64,000 nt of DNA, from NCBI GenBank assembly GCA_030704615.1, contig CM060731.1, positions 10,788,001-10,852,000 on the forward strand. Direction: 5' to 3'. The translations under genes were made by a program, and so were the position numbers. The stretch comes from Takakia lepidozioides (Eukaryota > Plantae > Bryophyta). This document shows, in pieces, positions 11,493-24,069 of the stretch; within the stretch, counting starts at the first letter, position 1; the number at the start of each line of letters is the position of its first letter. The notes under the pieces were generated by a model. That model was not told the origin of the DNA. It worked only from the letters and a program-made list of their open reading frames with translations, and ran no database searches.

Positions 11493-14099
11493 ACTTGGAC
11501 CAATTCGTTTCTTATGTCTGCTCAGTCTTCCTCTTGCTCCAAGCTGTCTTATTAGAAGTATCGGATGTAGGACTACATCTGTCATGCCCTTGTTTACAAT
11601 TCACGGGACTGGAATGTCCCATCTTACCCTTGGTTCCCGCGCCAGTGTTGTCATTTCCTATTTGATTCCTTGGGTTCACCAACGCTCTCATTGATCCCGG
11701 GGTTTGCCCTTGTTTGTCTCATGGCTTTTGTGGGTTTTTTTGTTTGCACCCTCGCCGGAATTTGAGAGAGACGTGAACTGGAAACACGTCAAGCACCCAG
11801 CCACTACTTCCAGGCTAAATTTTCGTTAAGTGTAGATGTAGATTAGCTCCTTGACAATCTCATCTGCAGGCTTAATTTTTTGGAAGACTCTCAGACAGGG
11901 CTAGGTTGCTGTGAAAGGTTCGCTCTCTTTGAGCACACTGCGGCACTTTAGCAGCAGGCAATGGATCTCCCTTCACTAACTACAGTGTGTAGCCCTCATG
12001 GTGCGAAAGGGGTTTTATTTTTTTCCCCTCAATTCTGGTATAAATGCAATATTAAACGTTTAAAAATAAATAAATAAATTGTGAAGGTTTCCCTTCCACC
12101 TTTCTCTCTAAGAAAAACCCATCATTCTGCTTCATGCAAAGATGCAACATGCTTTGAGCAGTCCTGGCACTAAAGAAACCTACTTTTTGAGTTATTTATT
12201 ATACCTCGGGAATAATAAACATCTACAATAAACATCTACTCAAGTAAGGCACTGGATATAAGGTAAGCCATGAGGGGCTTGTGATGGCATGCATATGCAT
12301 GGTCCTAAATGTATCACATGAGACATTGACATGGGCAATGTATGCTACGATGCACATGGCACAGTGGAAGCACAAGTGTGGGTCCCGCTAACCATAGTTG
12401 GATGAATGAATAGTTTGGGACATGATTTTGGTTTTCATGTCAGGAGGGGACATGGAATGTAGTTAAAATTCCGACCTTCCTGAGGTCTTGATCAACTTGT
12501 ATTCGTTACGATTAGGCGCTCATGGCGGGTATACAACGTGCCACGGCTCTGTCGCCATGTCTAAGCTTCAGTGGAGGTATTGGATGGCGGGGTATCTCGC
12601 CGCTCCTCAGAACATCTCGTACTGTACCCAACAAGACCCCCCACAATTTTCGTCATATCACAGCACACAGACCTGCACAATATTAGATGTGCTGCCCAAC
12701 GATTTGTCATTTGGGAGACCTAAAGTTAGTTGCTGTCACGAAGTCTGGTCGTTGACTCACTGCAGTGCCTGCTTAGGCTTCGAAAACCTACTTATCAACA
12801 ATTTGAATGTAACAACACACCCATCAGTGAAGGCAATGCCCCAGTTCTCCTCCTTGATACTTAGATATTTGTGGACAAAGTACATTATTTTTCAATGAAT
12901 CACCCAGTTTTATTTTATTTTTTTATTTTTATTTTTTATTGGAAAACACCTGGGAGCGACAGCTCATCAGGCCCCTTGATAGAATTTTTAGGTGTTGTTC
13001 TTAGGTGAGTCCTCAAACATCAATTCTCTTATCCTGTGTGTGGGAATGTTCGTGACGGTATGTCTGGGCATCGATCGTCCTTTAGGTGTCATGACCCATA
13101 AATGAATGGGGGTTAATTTTCCCCCCTCCTCAAGGGCCTGAATTGTGGGCTGTCGCTCCCAGGTTTCCTTCTTAAAAAAAAAACAACAAATCTTCAACCA
13201 CTAGATTATTTGATCGTTTGTAAATAAATAAATAAATAAATATTTGTTTTTTGTAAATATGTTTTGAATCAAGTTGTTTTCATTCTGATTTATTATAATT
13301 ATTCAAATATCAAATATATATTTCCCACGTTTCATGAAACTTGAAAGGGACCTAGTTACGTATTGAATATATTTATGAAAGTTTCAAGCTTAGATAATGC
13401 ATGCCGCGGTGGCTCAGCCAATCAGAAACATTTTATGATTTTGAAGAAGGTTACATGTCAAGAATGAATAACTGTTCAAATTTAATTTTTTAAATGATTG
13501 TGATCGTGCCTGAGTATCTATCATTCATTCTCTTGCCATCCCAACCAATAAGCTAATAACTGATAATCGGCTAATAACTTATAGACTAATAATCAAGTTT
13601 TTTAAAACTGTCGGAAATATTGAAATGACTATCCATTTGTTGAGGTTTTACTTTTAAATGGATGAACAACAGAAGACTCTACAACATTTATTTAATTTTT
13701 TTGTATTTTTGAAATGGACTGAGGCCCTGCTCGAACTTTATTATAATTATTGGAGGGAAAAAAATAAACCCTCGGTTGCCAAAGGCTGCCATAAGGCATG
13801 TCACACATGAGGCTGTGCCAGATAACGTAGAGCTAGTAACTGTAACAAGAAGACATCATAAGACGTGAATAAAATCACTAGAAACTCCAAGTGTGGAGAG
13901 GATCCAGCCCTCAGCTGATTATCCATGCGGGCAGAGGAGGTACATACAACATTGTGGGGTCAACCGCTCGTCAACAACAAGGTCTCGTATTTATTTGCGG
14001 CCATGTTGTACACAGAGTTGATTTTATTGCGACCAGTGGATTGACAAACTGTCACTGCGAGACAACGTACTAGACTATACATGTTCTCTGATATCCCAG

Positions 14100-15384
14100 A
14101 CTTGTATATACGTCAGGGGCGGGACATCATACGGTTCGATGGAAACGACGAGGTGAAAGAAGGAGGAAATGCGGATGGAAACGACGATGTGGAAGAAGGA
14201 GGAAATGCAGACCAACCTCCAGATTATACGCCGCAATAGGTCTCCGCAGTCGGGCCTTCAACGTCTGAGGTTCCATTGGAGGAACAGTTGGCCACACATG
14301 AACAGCACATCAAAGACCTGCAAGACATTGTTCATTTGCAACGGTGGCAAATAGCGAAGTTGTCGGAAAGAATAGGGTTGGGGACTCTCGACAGCGTACG
14401 CGGTGTGCTTCAGGACCCGAGGCCAATCACCAACGAGCAAGACATATTGGCGCGTTTGAATATGCCACCAATGGACATTGACCGCGTCATCGACGGGGTT
14501 GACTCAATCAGGCATAAGAATGAAGTGCAAACGTCTGAACTGGACCCGACGAGGGTTGAGGAAGAAAGACTTGCGGGGGAGAGGGCAAGAAAAGGGAAGG
14601 ACCCCATAGTGGAACTGGGGAATGTTCAGCCGTGCAAATTACATCGGCCCAAGAACAGGAATTAAAGCAGCTTGTGGGGGAACGCAAACAAGCTAGGGCT
14701 GTTGCATATCGGTACTCAAATGCCATGCAAATCCGATCGTGGCCATGGTTGAAGGGGAATTGACGGAATTGGGTGACATGGGCGGGCCATCTAGCATCGC
14801 GGGAAACATGGATAGAAGAAGCGTTGTCCTCCCTCCAACGTGCAGCACGTTTGTCGAATCGAAACATAGATAACATCTATGCTAATTTACAAAGGCACGA
14901 CACTGTGCGTGATGTATTCACGTCGAAGTACACTGGATTCACTACATAGGGTGATGTGCATGCCATGTTTGAGCACTATGTGCATACAATTTCCGATACC
15001 AATAACAGCATAAATTAGGATTTGGAAGTAGAGGAGGAGTGAGACACCAGGCCGAAGATGTCATCCTACATTAATGAGGATAAACGGACGTGGATACCAC
15101 AGAACAATCCAGCGTCATGGGTAACAGATGGTACGGTGTGCACAATGTGCATAAACCCTTATGGACCGGAGGGAGGCTATATGCTTGGTTCATGTGGTCA
15201 TTTGTTCCATCCCACATGTCTCATATCGGCAGCCATGCGAGCCAGACAATGTCCTGACTGCCGTGGACCAATCCATCGACGTTTCTACGAGTTGTTTGGG
15301 TTGCAAGAGGAAGAAGAGTTGGAGGCTTTGAGGAAGGGAGCCATGGATCTATTGGGGACTGGAGCTGAAAGAGATGGAGAGTAA
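14100..15384 (+). pseudogene. Decayed long ORF (acidic/coiled-coil region ending in a RING-H2 finger), probably TE-borne
   Basis: C-terminal CTMC...CGHLFHPTC...CPDC fits C3H2C3. Upstream ORF pieces (14276-14665, coiled-coil-like) are joined through stops and frameshifts; no introns evident. Confidence 0.55.
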
Positions 15385-18300
15385 AGGCGATAATCGAGAG
15401 AGAATGAGACTACGGGGAAGAGAGGATTAGAGATTGAATGGGTAGAGTAACAAACACTAGAATCGCTGTCTAGAGTAGTGATGACTGAAGCGATGGTGAT
15501 CAGCAGCTGAAGTGAAGGTGATAACGAAGACGGAACTTAAGACGGAGCGAAGATCCGCCAAGGGTGGTGCTGATCAGACCAGCGGAGGGAGTAGCTGGGT
15601 AGACAATGGTTTGATTAGTGAGGGTGGCTGTGTGATGGCTGTAGCCAGTTTTTGCCGGGGATCATTACTTGGGTGGCAGACATCTTTTAGTGATTGGAAG
15701 AGGGGGGTTTTTCAGGTGAAATGGTAAGGAGTCTTGGGGGCTTGGCGGCGGTGCTTTAAGGGAAGTTAAGAGATGTGACTTCCACGCATGTCGCGAGGAT
15801 GAATAAGGACGAGTTCATCTGGAAGACGATTCAAAAGATGCGATTTGGGGAAGCCATCCAGTGCGAGTTCTGGGATAATGATGAGCAGAATGATGCCATG
15901 GTTCACGGAAGGTGCCATGTACGAGGTTGCTTGAGGTCTTAAACTTATGGTAATGGAGTCTTGGAGGTAGCCTGCGAAGCCGATGCCCTCACCGCGAGAC
16001 GCGGAGCTCGTCTTCCTCATCCTCCATCTCTTTCTCTATGTAATGCCAAAGATAACGTGATAGATTCAGGCCACAACATTCTCATTTTAGGAATGGTCGG
16101 ATGACCATGCTGTGGTCAAAGGCTTGTTTATTCTCTACATAGAACAATGAGAGTACTTGCAATTCAACGTTGGATTCCGAATAACATCATAATGTATACA
16201 TAAACAATATTTAAAAATAGCAAATAATCATATCATAAGTTGTCTCAGTTATCTGTCAGGCTATGAAGCAAGTAGGGCCGTGGTATAAAAAATACTCGTA
16301 TTGGGTACCAACTTGGCATTGGTTTTTTGTTTTCTTTCTTTTTTTCGGTGAAAGGGTTTGGAGCCCTTGTTGGTTGCAACTGGCATAATACCCAAATAAA
16401 TAAATAAAATAAAAAATCCTGGCATAATACCCACTCTCGGTTGTTGAGATAACCAGTGAGAATATACTGGTACCCTTACTACACATTCTCTCTTAGAAAT
16501 GGTATCACCTAGATGCAATGTGAATTTTTTGGGGGGAAAATAGCCGGATTTCGACCTGCAAAAAATGGGTCAGCTACTTGTACAAATGAATTAAGGGGAT
16601 AAAAATAAAAAAATTGGCAAGAAAGCGCCACCCTCTCGCCAGTTGAATATCAGGAGCCTGATTCACCTGTTAAAACGTGCCACCTGTTATATAGCCACTT
16701 TTCTAACCCTGTCACCTCATTATTCTCGCCACATGGGTGTTTGAGTAGAATTTACATGTGGCCTGTGACGATTTTGGAGAAATGAAAAAAAAATATTATT
16801 TATTTATTTATTTAATATATAGGATAGTTGATCTCATCATAGTTTTTGCTAATGTCAAGTTTTAATATATTGTATAGAGGAAAACATAAATATAAAATGT
16901 GTAGTTGAACTGCCTCATCAAGTTGCAAATTCCTATATCACAAGTTTTATAATATATCAAAGGAATAATCTTATCCAGTTTTCATGAGGATGTAGAACTC
17001 CAAGCCATAAACAATTTGTAATCACTAGAACTGCATGGGACCCTTCCAGTCTTTTCTAGAAAATATTTACTAGGCAAGTGCATATAGTAAAATATGACAA
17101 AATAAAGAATGTATTAGGGACCATTCCAGCTAGAAGTGTAGCTGATACAATATGATATATTGTCATAGGTATTTACCCCCAAAGTGTGGGCTATGGTAGC
17201 AATAAGGAAACCTCGTTTTAAGGCTTTGCAAAAAAGTTGTGCGTCTTCTTAGGCCCCGGCCATACCGCCCTACAAACGCAAGTTAATACGCTAGTGTTAA
17301 CTACTGCTAGCCAAAATTTTCCGGCAAAACCAAATATCATAGCACTATCGATAATAAAAAAAACTAGAGCTACTCCCTACACCATCTCGCCATCTTTTTC
17401 GCCATCTCCTCTACTTCATGCTTTATTCTTTAACACAGATTGACGCTCATTTATAAATTTTTACTACAGTGCACCTGCATTAATTATAAGTTGAAGAGCC
17501 TAAAATTGCCATAGAGCCTATGAACAGCCATTGACATTAGATAGTGAGGTGCCGACTGTTTTCATATTCAAAAACATGATGTGAAAACTTAGCAACACTA
17601 CTACAGCAAACCCTATATATTCCACACTCATGATGTCTATGGCTATGGTTGCACCAGACCCACCGTGGGTTTAAGGGGAGGGTCTTGTGGTTAGAGTATA
17701 AGGAGAGACTAAGGAAAGTTTCGGTGTTTTGGATGGAAGTCTATCAATTTTTAAGAACTTTGTTATTGATCTTTGTACTTGTATATATTGTTGCACATTG
17801 GATAACATTTGCTTGGATGGTTTGGCAAGAGCTTACCAAAGGTTATCAGTTTGTGCACGGATTCCATCGCCATGACTAGCTCTGCCCTTTAATTTGTCTC
17901 AACGGTTGGAAACACTCAGACCATCTCCCAAATAAGTATTACATTAGGTTGTTCATTTCTCTATCATGAATACAAATTTGTAGTTCATATTTTTAATAAA
18001 ATTTGATAGGGCCTTGAAGACCATAATAAAAGAATTGACTATTCCAGCAGAAAGAGAACGATGCACAATAAACACAGCATTGAGCAAATCCCAAGAAAAC
18101 AATGTTGCTTTACTGTAAAAAGTCTCATGACGATGCAATAGTACAATATAATCATTACGTGAAGACACTGTTGTTGAGTATATGTATTAGGTGAAGTCCT
18201 ACAACGAGGGCTTTACGCGATTCAAGATTCCATAGCCCCGAGGGCAGTAGCCCGAGTTACAGGACTTTACTTCACGTAAAAAACTGAATGTAAGCTTATA

Positions 18301-18683
18301 TAATAAATTTGTGTCACGTGAGGCATATTACATATACACTAGTTTTTTAAGTTGATGGCGTTTTTCTTTTAGCAATCTTGATTTAGATGAGTTTGTGCAC
18401 ATTGTTTTGAGTGTTATTTCAGTAAGGCCCTTCGTGCACAATATTGGTATCTTCAGGTTACGATACTGATTATGCTGTTGCTGCAACTGTCCAAGATATA
18501 ACAACAACATTTGTTAATCCATTGGAACTTGTTCTACAAAACATTTCCACTAACGAGGATCAATGTCCCAACTTCTCTCTTGGATATCACAAGAATATCT
18601 AGAATTAAGGTTCTAGTGATCTTGTTGTAAGGCGCTCTATATCTCGCCTTGCTGCATCTTTTGATGCATCTCTTGACTGAGTT

Positions 18684-19520
18684 AGCGCTCTCTTAGCACG
18701 TGCATTGATGCTTGTTGTGCCCCAAGAAATAACGTCTATTGGAATTGGCACATTTCCTTGTCGATGGTATGAAACTGCTAACAAACCAACATAATTATCT
18801 CTCTGGTTTGGCCACCGCTTGAGAAAAATATACATTTGCACCTCTGTGAAGGCTGATATATACTCATCTGCAAGTGAAATAAACAAACCGATGGATGAGA
18901 AATTTTTCTAAAAGAGGTAGAAAATCTATATAAATGATGAATTTGAATGCGGTTGCTAGAATTCTGCTAAAGCAATATAATGATTAAAATATGACTAGCT
19001 TTCTTACCTGCCCTCTCCAATTGATTGTGAAACTCCGACTTAAAAAACAAGGAATGAAAATCGTTTTTTTGGATGTTTAAGGAAACACCTTAGACTGACA
19101 TATATCTTTTAAGAGAGGCAGCAAGATCAACCTCGTAAATCTTGCCCCCCTGGCCTATACATAAAATCATTGTTTGGCGACATACGAACTGCGTTCTGCG
19201 GATCTTGCACTATCATTTGTCTCTGTATCTCGCCAATTGCCTCACCATGATTATTTTAGTAGTTAGTTTATCGACCAATATTATCTTGTCATTTTCACAA
19301 TGACATTTCATTCCCACGTTCTTGATATACTCCAACCACCGAAGAAATTGGTCCAAACTAACATCTTCGGCCAACATCTTGTCTTTCTCCTCCTCTTTGT
19401 CATCTTCATTTAGAGCCCTCCTCCATAAAGCATCTGTCAACCTCTCAATCAAGACCTTTGAAAACCGCAATTTTCCTTTCCCATGGCCTATCTTGGATAT
19501 TGTAGAAATTGATGACCCTT
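18684..19520 (-). pseudogene. Copy 1, 5' part (inverted): Uma2/Crinkler-type PD-(D/E)xK nuclease-like pseudogene, intron 18868-19007
   Basis: Translates, with lesions, to LAEDVSLDQFLRWLE..MKCH..NDKIILVD..HGEAIGEIQRQ..VGVSQS..RA|DEYISAFTEVQMYIFLKRWP..VISWGT. Inverted match to 22745-23840. Confidence 0.6.
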
Positions 19521-19919
19521 GACAAAGATGTCATAATTTAACATATGTTACAATGATGGGTGCCGAAAGAAATTGGGGTTTGAAACTTGAAGTTATCTCA
19601 TAGGAAGAGACCAAGAGACGAATGTAAATGAATTCATACAAAAGACACAACGACACAAGTCAAGACTCCAAGTGCAAACATCCAAGCTTGCTTTTATAGT
19701 GGATACATACCTCACACAAAACACCCTTAGAGACTAGGTACCACTCAACGTACTTCCAAGGTGGAAAAATGTTCGTATGCTAGTACTTGGAATAATATAG
19801 AACAAACACATACATTGTGCATACCACATAAGTTGAGGTGAAGGACAATGTGTGTATGATGCTCTAAAAGATATGGGTACTAAACACTATGCATTCAAAT
19901 GTTGATTATTACTTCAGTT

Positions 19920-20322
19920 TGAGCTACACGCTCTTCTTGTCGAGCTCGAATGCTTTTACCAATGGCATGAATCATTGTCTGTATACTGTTCAATATCAAT
20001 AGAAGAATGGCAATGTGCTTTAGAGATCGTAAGTAAGAATATAATAGTTGAAAAGCCTTAAGTACCAAAGATAAAGCATAAAAAAGATTTTATATTAATA
20101 TAAAAATAACTACATGGTTGGAGGATCCGGTCTCCTGTTTTGCTTCGCAAGTTGCAACATAAAGATCTCAAGCATGTCAACTAGTGGTCGGACATCATCT
20201 TCTTCATATAGATCTGCAAGCGATTTTTCAGTAGAATGTCCGAAAAATACACGTCATTCATCAAAAGTTTTTTTGGCCCACTTTTCGAAACTTTCTGAAC
20301 GTCTGGGACCTCCAAATTCAAC
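19920..20322 (-). mobile_element. Fragment resembling the N-terminal region of Crypton/DUF3504-associated tyrosine-recombinase elements
   Basis: EFGGPRRSESFEKWAKKTFDE*RVFFG..LADLYEEDDVRPLVDMLEIFMLQLAKQN..PPT, then after an intron-like AT-rich segment IQTMIHAIGKSIRARQEERV. The WA..F....L..F.....K....PPT pattern is recalled from this family. Confidence 0.45.
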
Positions 20323-21341
20323 GTCATGGCCGGCATGGTTCCCATGATCCAGTAACTGGATTATTAGATCCAGCATGCAATGGAGCTGGAATTGGATTAT
20401 ATAGTATTCATCTCCCCAGCGCTCTTGTTTTCTCTCAAGTTGGAGGGGAAGCTCCACCTAATGGTTATGATTTTGATTTGTTTCCTATTCAAGGTTGCCT
20501 ATGCTTACCCTGCCGGAATAATTAATTTTTTATTTTGAAGAAGGGGTCCGGTAGGCTTTTTGTAATTTCTGTAGTTTTGACAATGATTATGATAAATAAA
20601 TAAATAAAATATATTGTTTGCATGTGTATGGCTGGCGCAGTGGTATCAAGTGAAAATTTGGTAGGGCAAGTTTGGAGGTTGATATGTGGGACATTCGGCC
20701 GTGGAAGAAATTTAATTTAAATTTTTTCGGCAGTCTGTTTTGCATTTATCATTGGATAGTGTAGGCAGGTACGGTAGACAATACTTCTGCCGAAACTATT
20801 ATTAATTTATATGTTAAACATTGTTCGCACATTAGTTCTCTGCACAACATTGAGCATGATTGGTTAAAATCCAACAATGTTATTGGAGACTTCTTGATGC
20901 ACGAATTATACTTTTTGCTTTTGGATGTGCTATATGTGTGGTACAAGCCCCACTTCAAAAAATTGGTGACTCTTTTTACATCATATAACTTGTACTTCAA
21001 CTACCATGTAAGGTAGGTGGGTTATCTTTACAATACTAAGTTGGTTTTGCCATGACACATTATAGTGACAAACTAAGATGTTCCACCAAGTAATGTTGAC
21101 ATGTTTGTATGATTCAAAACCTATTGGACATTGCAAGTCTAATTGTCAATTTTCTACCTTGACCTATTAGTTGGTTGTAATAATTTTTTAAGCATATGAA
21201 AGTCCGACATGGAACACAAAGTACACTAAGATAAAATAATTATATGCTCAATGAGTATCATTGCTAAGTAGCATAGTTCTTTCAGATTTTTTGAGTGGCT
21301 GTTTACAAGGCTTTCTGATTCAGTGAAGTTCTTCCAAATAC
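20323..21341 (+). repeat. Direct repeat of ~23862-24891; contains the 3' end of nuclease copy 1 (PACNGAGIGLYSIHLP..NGYDFDLFPIQ..*) and its 3' flank
   Basis: Long colinear near-identity, e.g. CCTAATGGTTATGATTTTGATTTGTTTCCTATTCAAGG and TTCTTCCAAATACA at both loci. Confidence 0.9.
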
Positions 21342-22744
21342 AAGAAGATAATTATCTCTGTCCAAACACATTTGATCACACATTTTTACTCATATCCGCT
21401 TCGATTGCTCACAATATTAATGATCATAATATGGTGATGCTGGCAAGTGCAGGTGGTATTGGCTTGGTTTTGCTGGACACTCTCATACAAGTGGCTGCTA
21501 GTGGGACAAAGTCTGTAGTCACTGCTACCCATTATACATGTTTAGTATTTAGCCATATTAATTGCAGAACTTCAAAGTCTTTGAAGGTTACTTCTCTATT
21601 GATTCAAAAGGCATCCATCCCATATTCCTTACATAGTTGAGCTACTTGGTGTGCATTTGATCTAAATTTGCCTCAAATTTGAAGGGCAATATTTTCCTTC
21701 CTTTGCCCCCTTCTTCTTCTTGCAAAATATTTCCCACGGTTATGTGCTGGCAGTCGACGTTTTTGACGATTATAATCATTTATGTACCTGAAAAATCTGA
21801 ATGACAATATTTCCCGTCATTTTCCCCCCTTCCTCGCTTTTGTGTGTGATTGTTACAAAGTAGACTCCAGACATTTTTTTTGTTAATGCCTCTAATACTA
21901 TAGATCAAACTTTGTTGAGAATGAGGAAGCTATTTTTTGTCTCTGTTTTGTAAAGACATATATAGAGATAGAAAAGAGTGTCTAATATGCCTATCTTGGT
22001 AGCATTGATGGATGCAAAAACAATATTTTGTAGAAAGACTATCGTACTTGTCCATGCGCAACCCCTAACTTGAAAAATGCACGGATTCAGCTACTTCAGT
22101 CGTTCATAGAAATAAACAACATACGAGCTATAAGAGCAAAAATGAAGCTCTAAACTAGATGTCATTTAGGAGTATAATTGTTTACTAACGGATGGCATGA
22201 GAAGCGTGAAATCTTCGGTGAATGATGGTTGTAACTTCATCAATTCCCCGCTAGGTTTTTGCCTAACCAAGTGCCCAATACATTCTTCTTTCAGGTTTGG
22301 GAACTCGTAATACGCTGGAAATGATGGGCTACGCGTTGTACCTTTGTGTACAATAAGATGCGATTGGCGGAGGTGAGTGAGGACTTTGAGGTAACGATCA
22401 ACATTTGAATGCACAGACCTAGATGCTGTCACGCCGTGCTTTCCCCTAAAATAATGTGGTACTTGTACACAAGACTCTGAAATGTACGTGTTTGTTCTAT
22501 ATTGTTCCAAGTATTAGCGTACGAACGTTTCTCCACCTTGAAAGTGAGTGGTACCTAGTCTTTATGAGAGCATGTTTTGTATGAGGTATGTATCCACTAG
22601 AAAAGCAAGCTTGGATGTTTGCACTTGGAGTCTTGACTTGTGCCGTTGTGTCTTTTACATCCGTCTCTTGGTCTCTTCCTATGAGATAGCTTAAAGTTTC
22701 AAACCCATCATTGTAACACATGTTAAGTTATGACATCTTTATCG

Positions 22745-24069
22745 GGGTCATCAATTTTTGCAACATCCAAGATCGGCCGTTGGAAAAGGAAATTGTGATC
22801 TTCAGAAATCTTTGATTGAGAGGTTGACGGATGCTTTATGGAGGAGGGCTCTGAGTGTAGATGACGAAGAGGAGGATGAAGACAAAGTGTTGGCCGAAGA
22901 TGTTAGTTTGGACCAATTTCTTCGGTGGTTGGAGTATAAGAACGTGGGAATGAAGTGCCATTGGAAAAATGACAATATAATAGTGGATGAACTTGAGCTA
23001 GGATTCTAGTAGCACTCCTGCAAAGAAACAAAGAAGCTATGGTGCGCCTAACGGTGAAGACGATAACGTGCATCCATACAATTTTTGAATTTTGAGAAAC
23101 TTTGACGGGGAGACCGTTGCGAACCTGACTAATGGGTAAATAAGTTGGGATGGCTTGATTGCGGCATTCATGTTTTTCTTTCTGATTGTGATCCCTTTAT
23201 GACTGTGATCTTGTGACGAGACCATGGGTAGGCTCGGATGACTCGAAGAATTTGACGCTCTTGATAATCATGGTGAGGCAATTGGCGAGATACAGAGGCA
23301 AATGATAGTGCAAGATCTGTAGAGTGCAGTCCATATGTTGCCAAACAATGATTTTATATACAGGCCAGGGACAAAGTTTATGAGGTTGATCTTGCCGCTA
23401 AGAAGTTATGTGTCAGTCCAAGGTGTTCCCTTAAACATCCGAAACAAATTAAACGACTTGCCTTCTTTGTTTTTGAAGTCGGAGTTTCAATCAGTTGGAG
23501 GACCTCGTTCAGAGGGCAGGTAAGAAAGCTAGTTATATTTTAATCATTATATTGCTTTAGCAGAATTCTAGCAACCGCATTCAAATTCATCATTTGTGTA
23601 GATTTTCTACCTCTTTTAGAAATCATCTCATCCATCTGTTTGCTTGTTTCACTTGCAGATGAGTATATCTCAGCCTTCACAAAGGTGCAAATGTATATTT
23701 TTCTCAAACGGTGGCCAAACCAAAGAGATACTTCTGTCGCTTTGTATTTAGCAGTTTGATACCATCGACAAGGAAATGTGCCAATTCCAATAGACGTTAT
23801 TTCTTTGGGCACAACAAGCATCAATGCATGTGCTAGGAGAGGCGTTTATTGCGTACAATCTTCCTCCTTTGTCGTGGGCATGGTTGCCTAGATCATTAGA
23901 TCCACCATACAATCAAGCTGGAATTGGATTATACAGTATTCATCTCCAAAGCATTATTATTTTATCTCAAGTTGGAGGCATACCTCCCTGGGGAGCTTCC
24001 CCTAATGGTTATGATTTTGATTTGTTTCCTATTCAAGGTTGTCTATGCTTACCCTGCCGGAATAATTAA
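22745..24069 (+). pseudogene. Copy 2 (contiguous): Uma2/Crinkler-type PD-(D/E)xK nuclease-like pseudogene, intron 23520-23658, ~265-bp insertion at ~22995-23260
   Basis: Reconstructed across lesions: LIERLTDALWRRAL..LAEDVSLDQFLRWLE..NDNIIVDEL[ins]NHGEAIGEIQRQM..PSL.FEVGVS..LEDLVQRA|DEYISAFTKVQMYIFLKRWP..VISLGT..AGIGLYSIHL..NGYDFDLFPIQ. The GT-AG intron is in both copies; several stops and frameshifts. Confidence 0.62.

Noticed and set aside
21340-22510. ORFs between the two nuclease copies (21323-21640 +, 22166-22510 -)
   Set aside because: No recognisable motif or splice structure; cannot be supported as genes.
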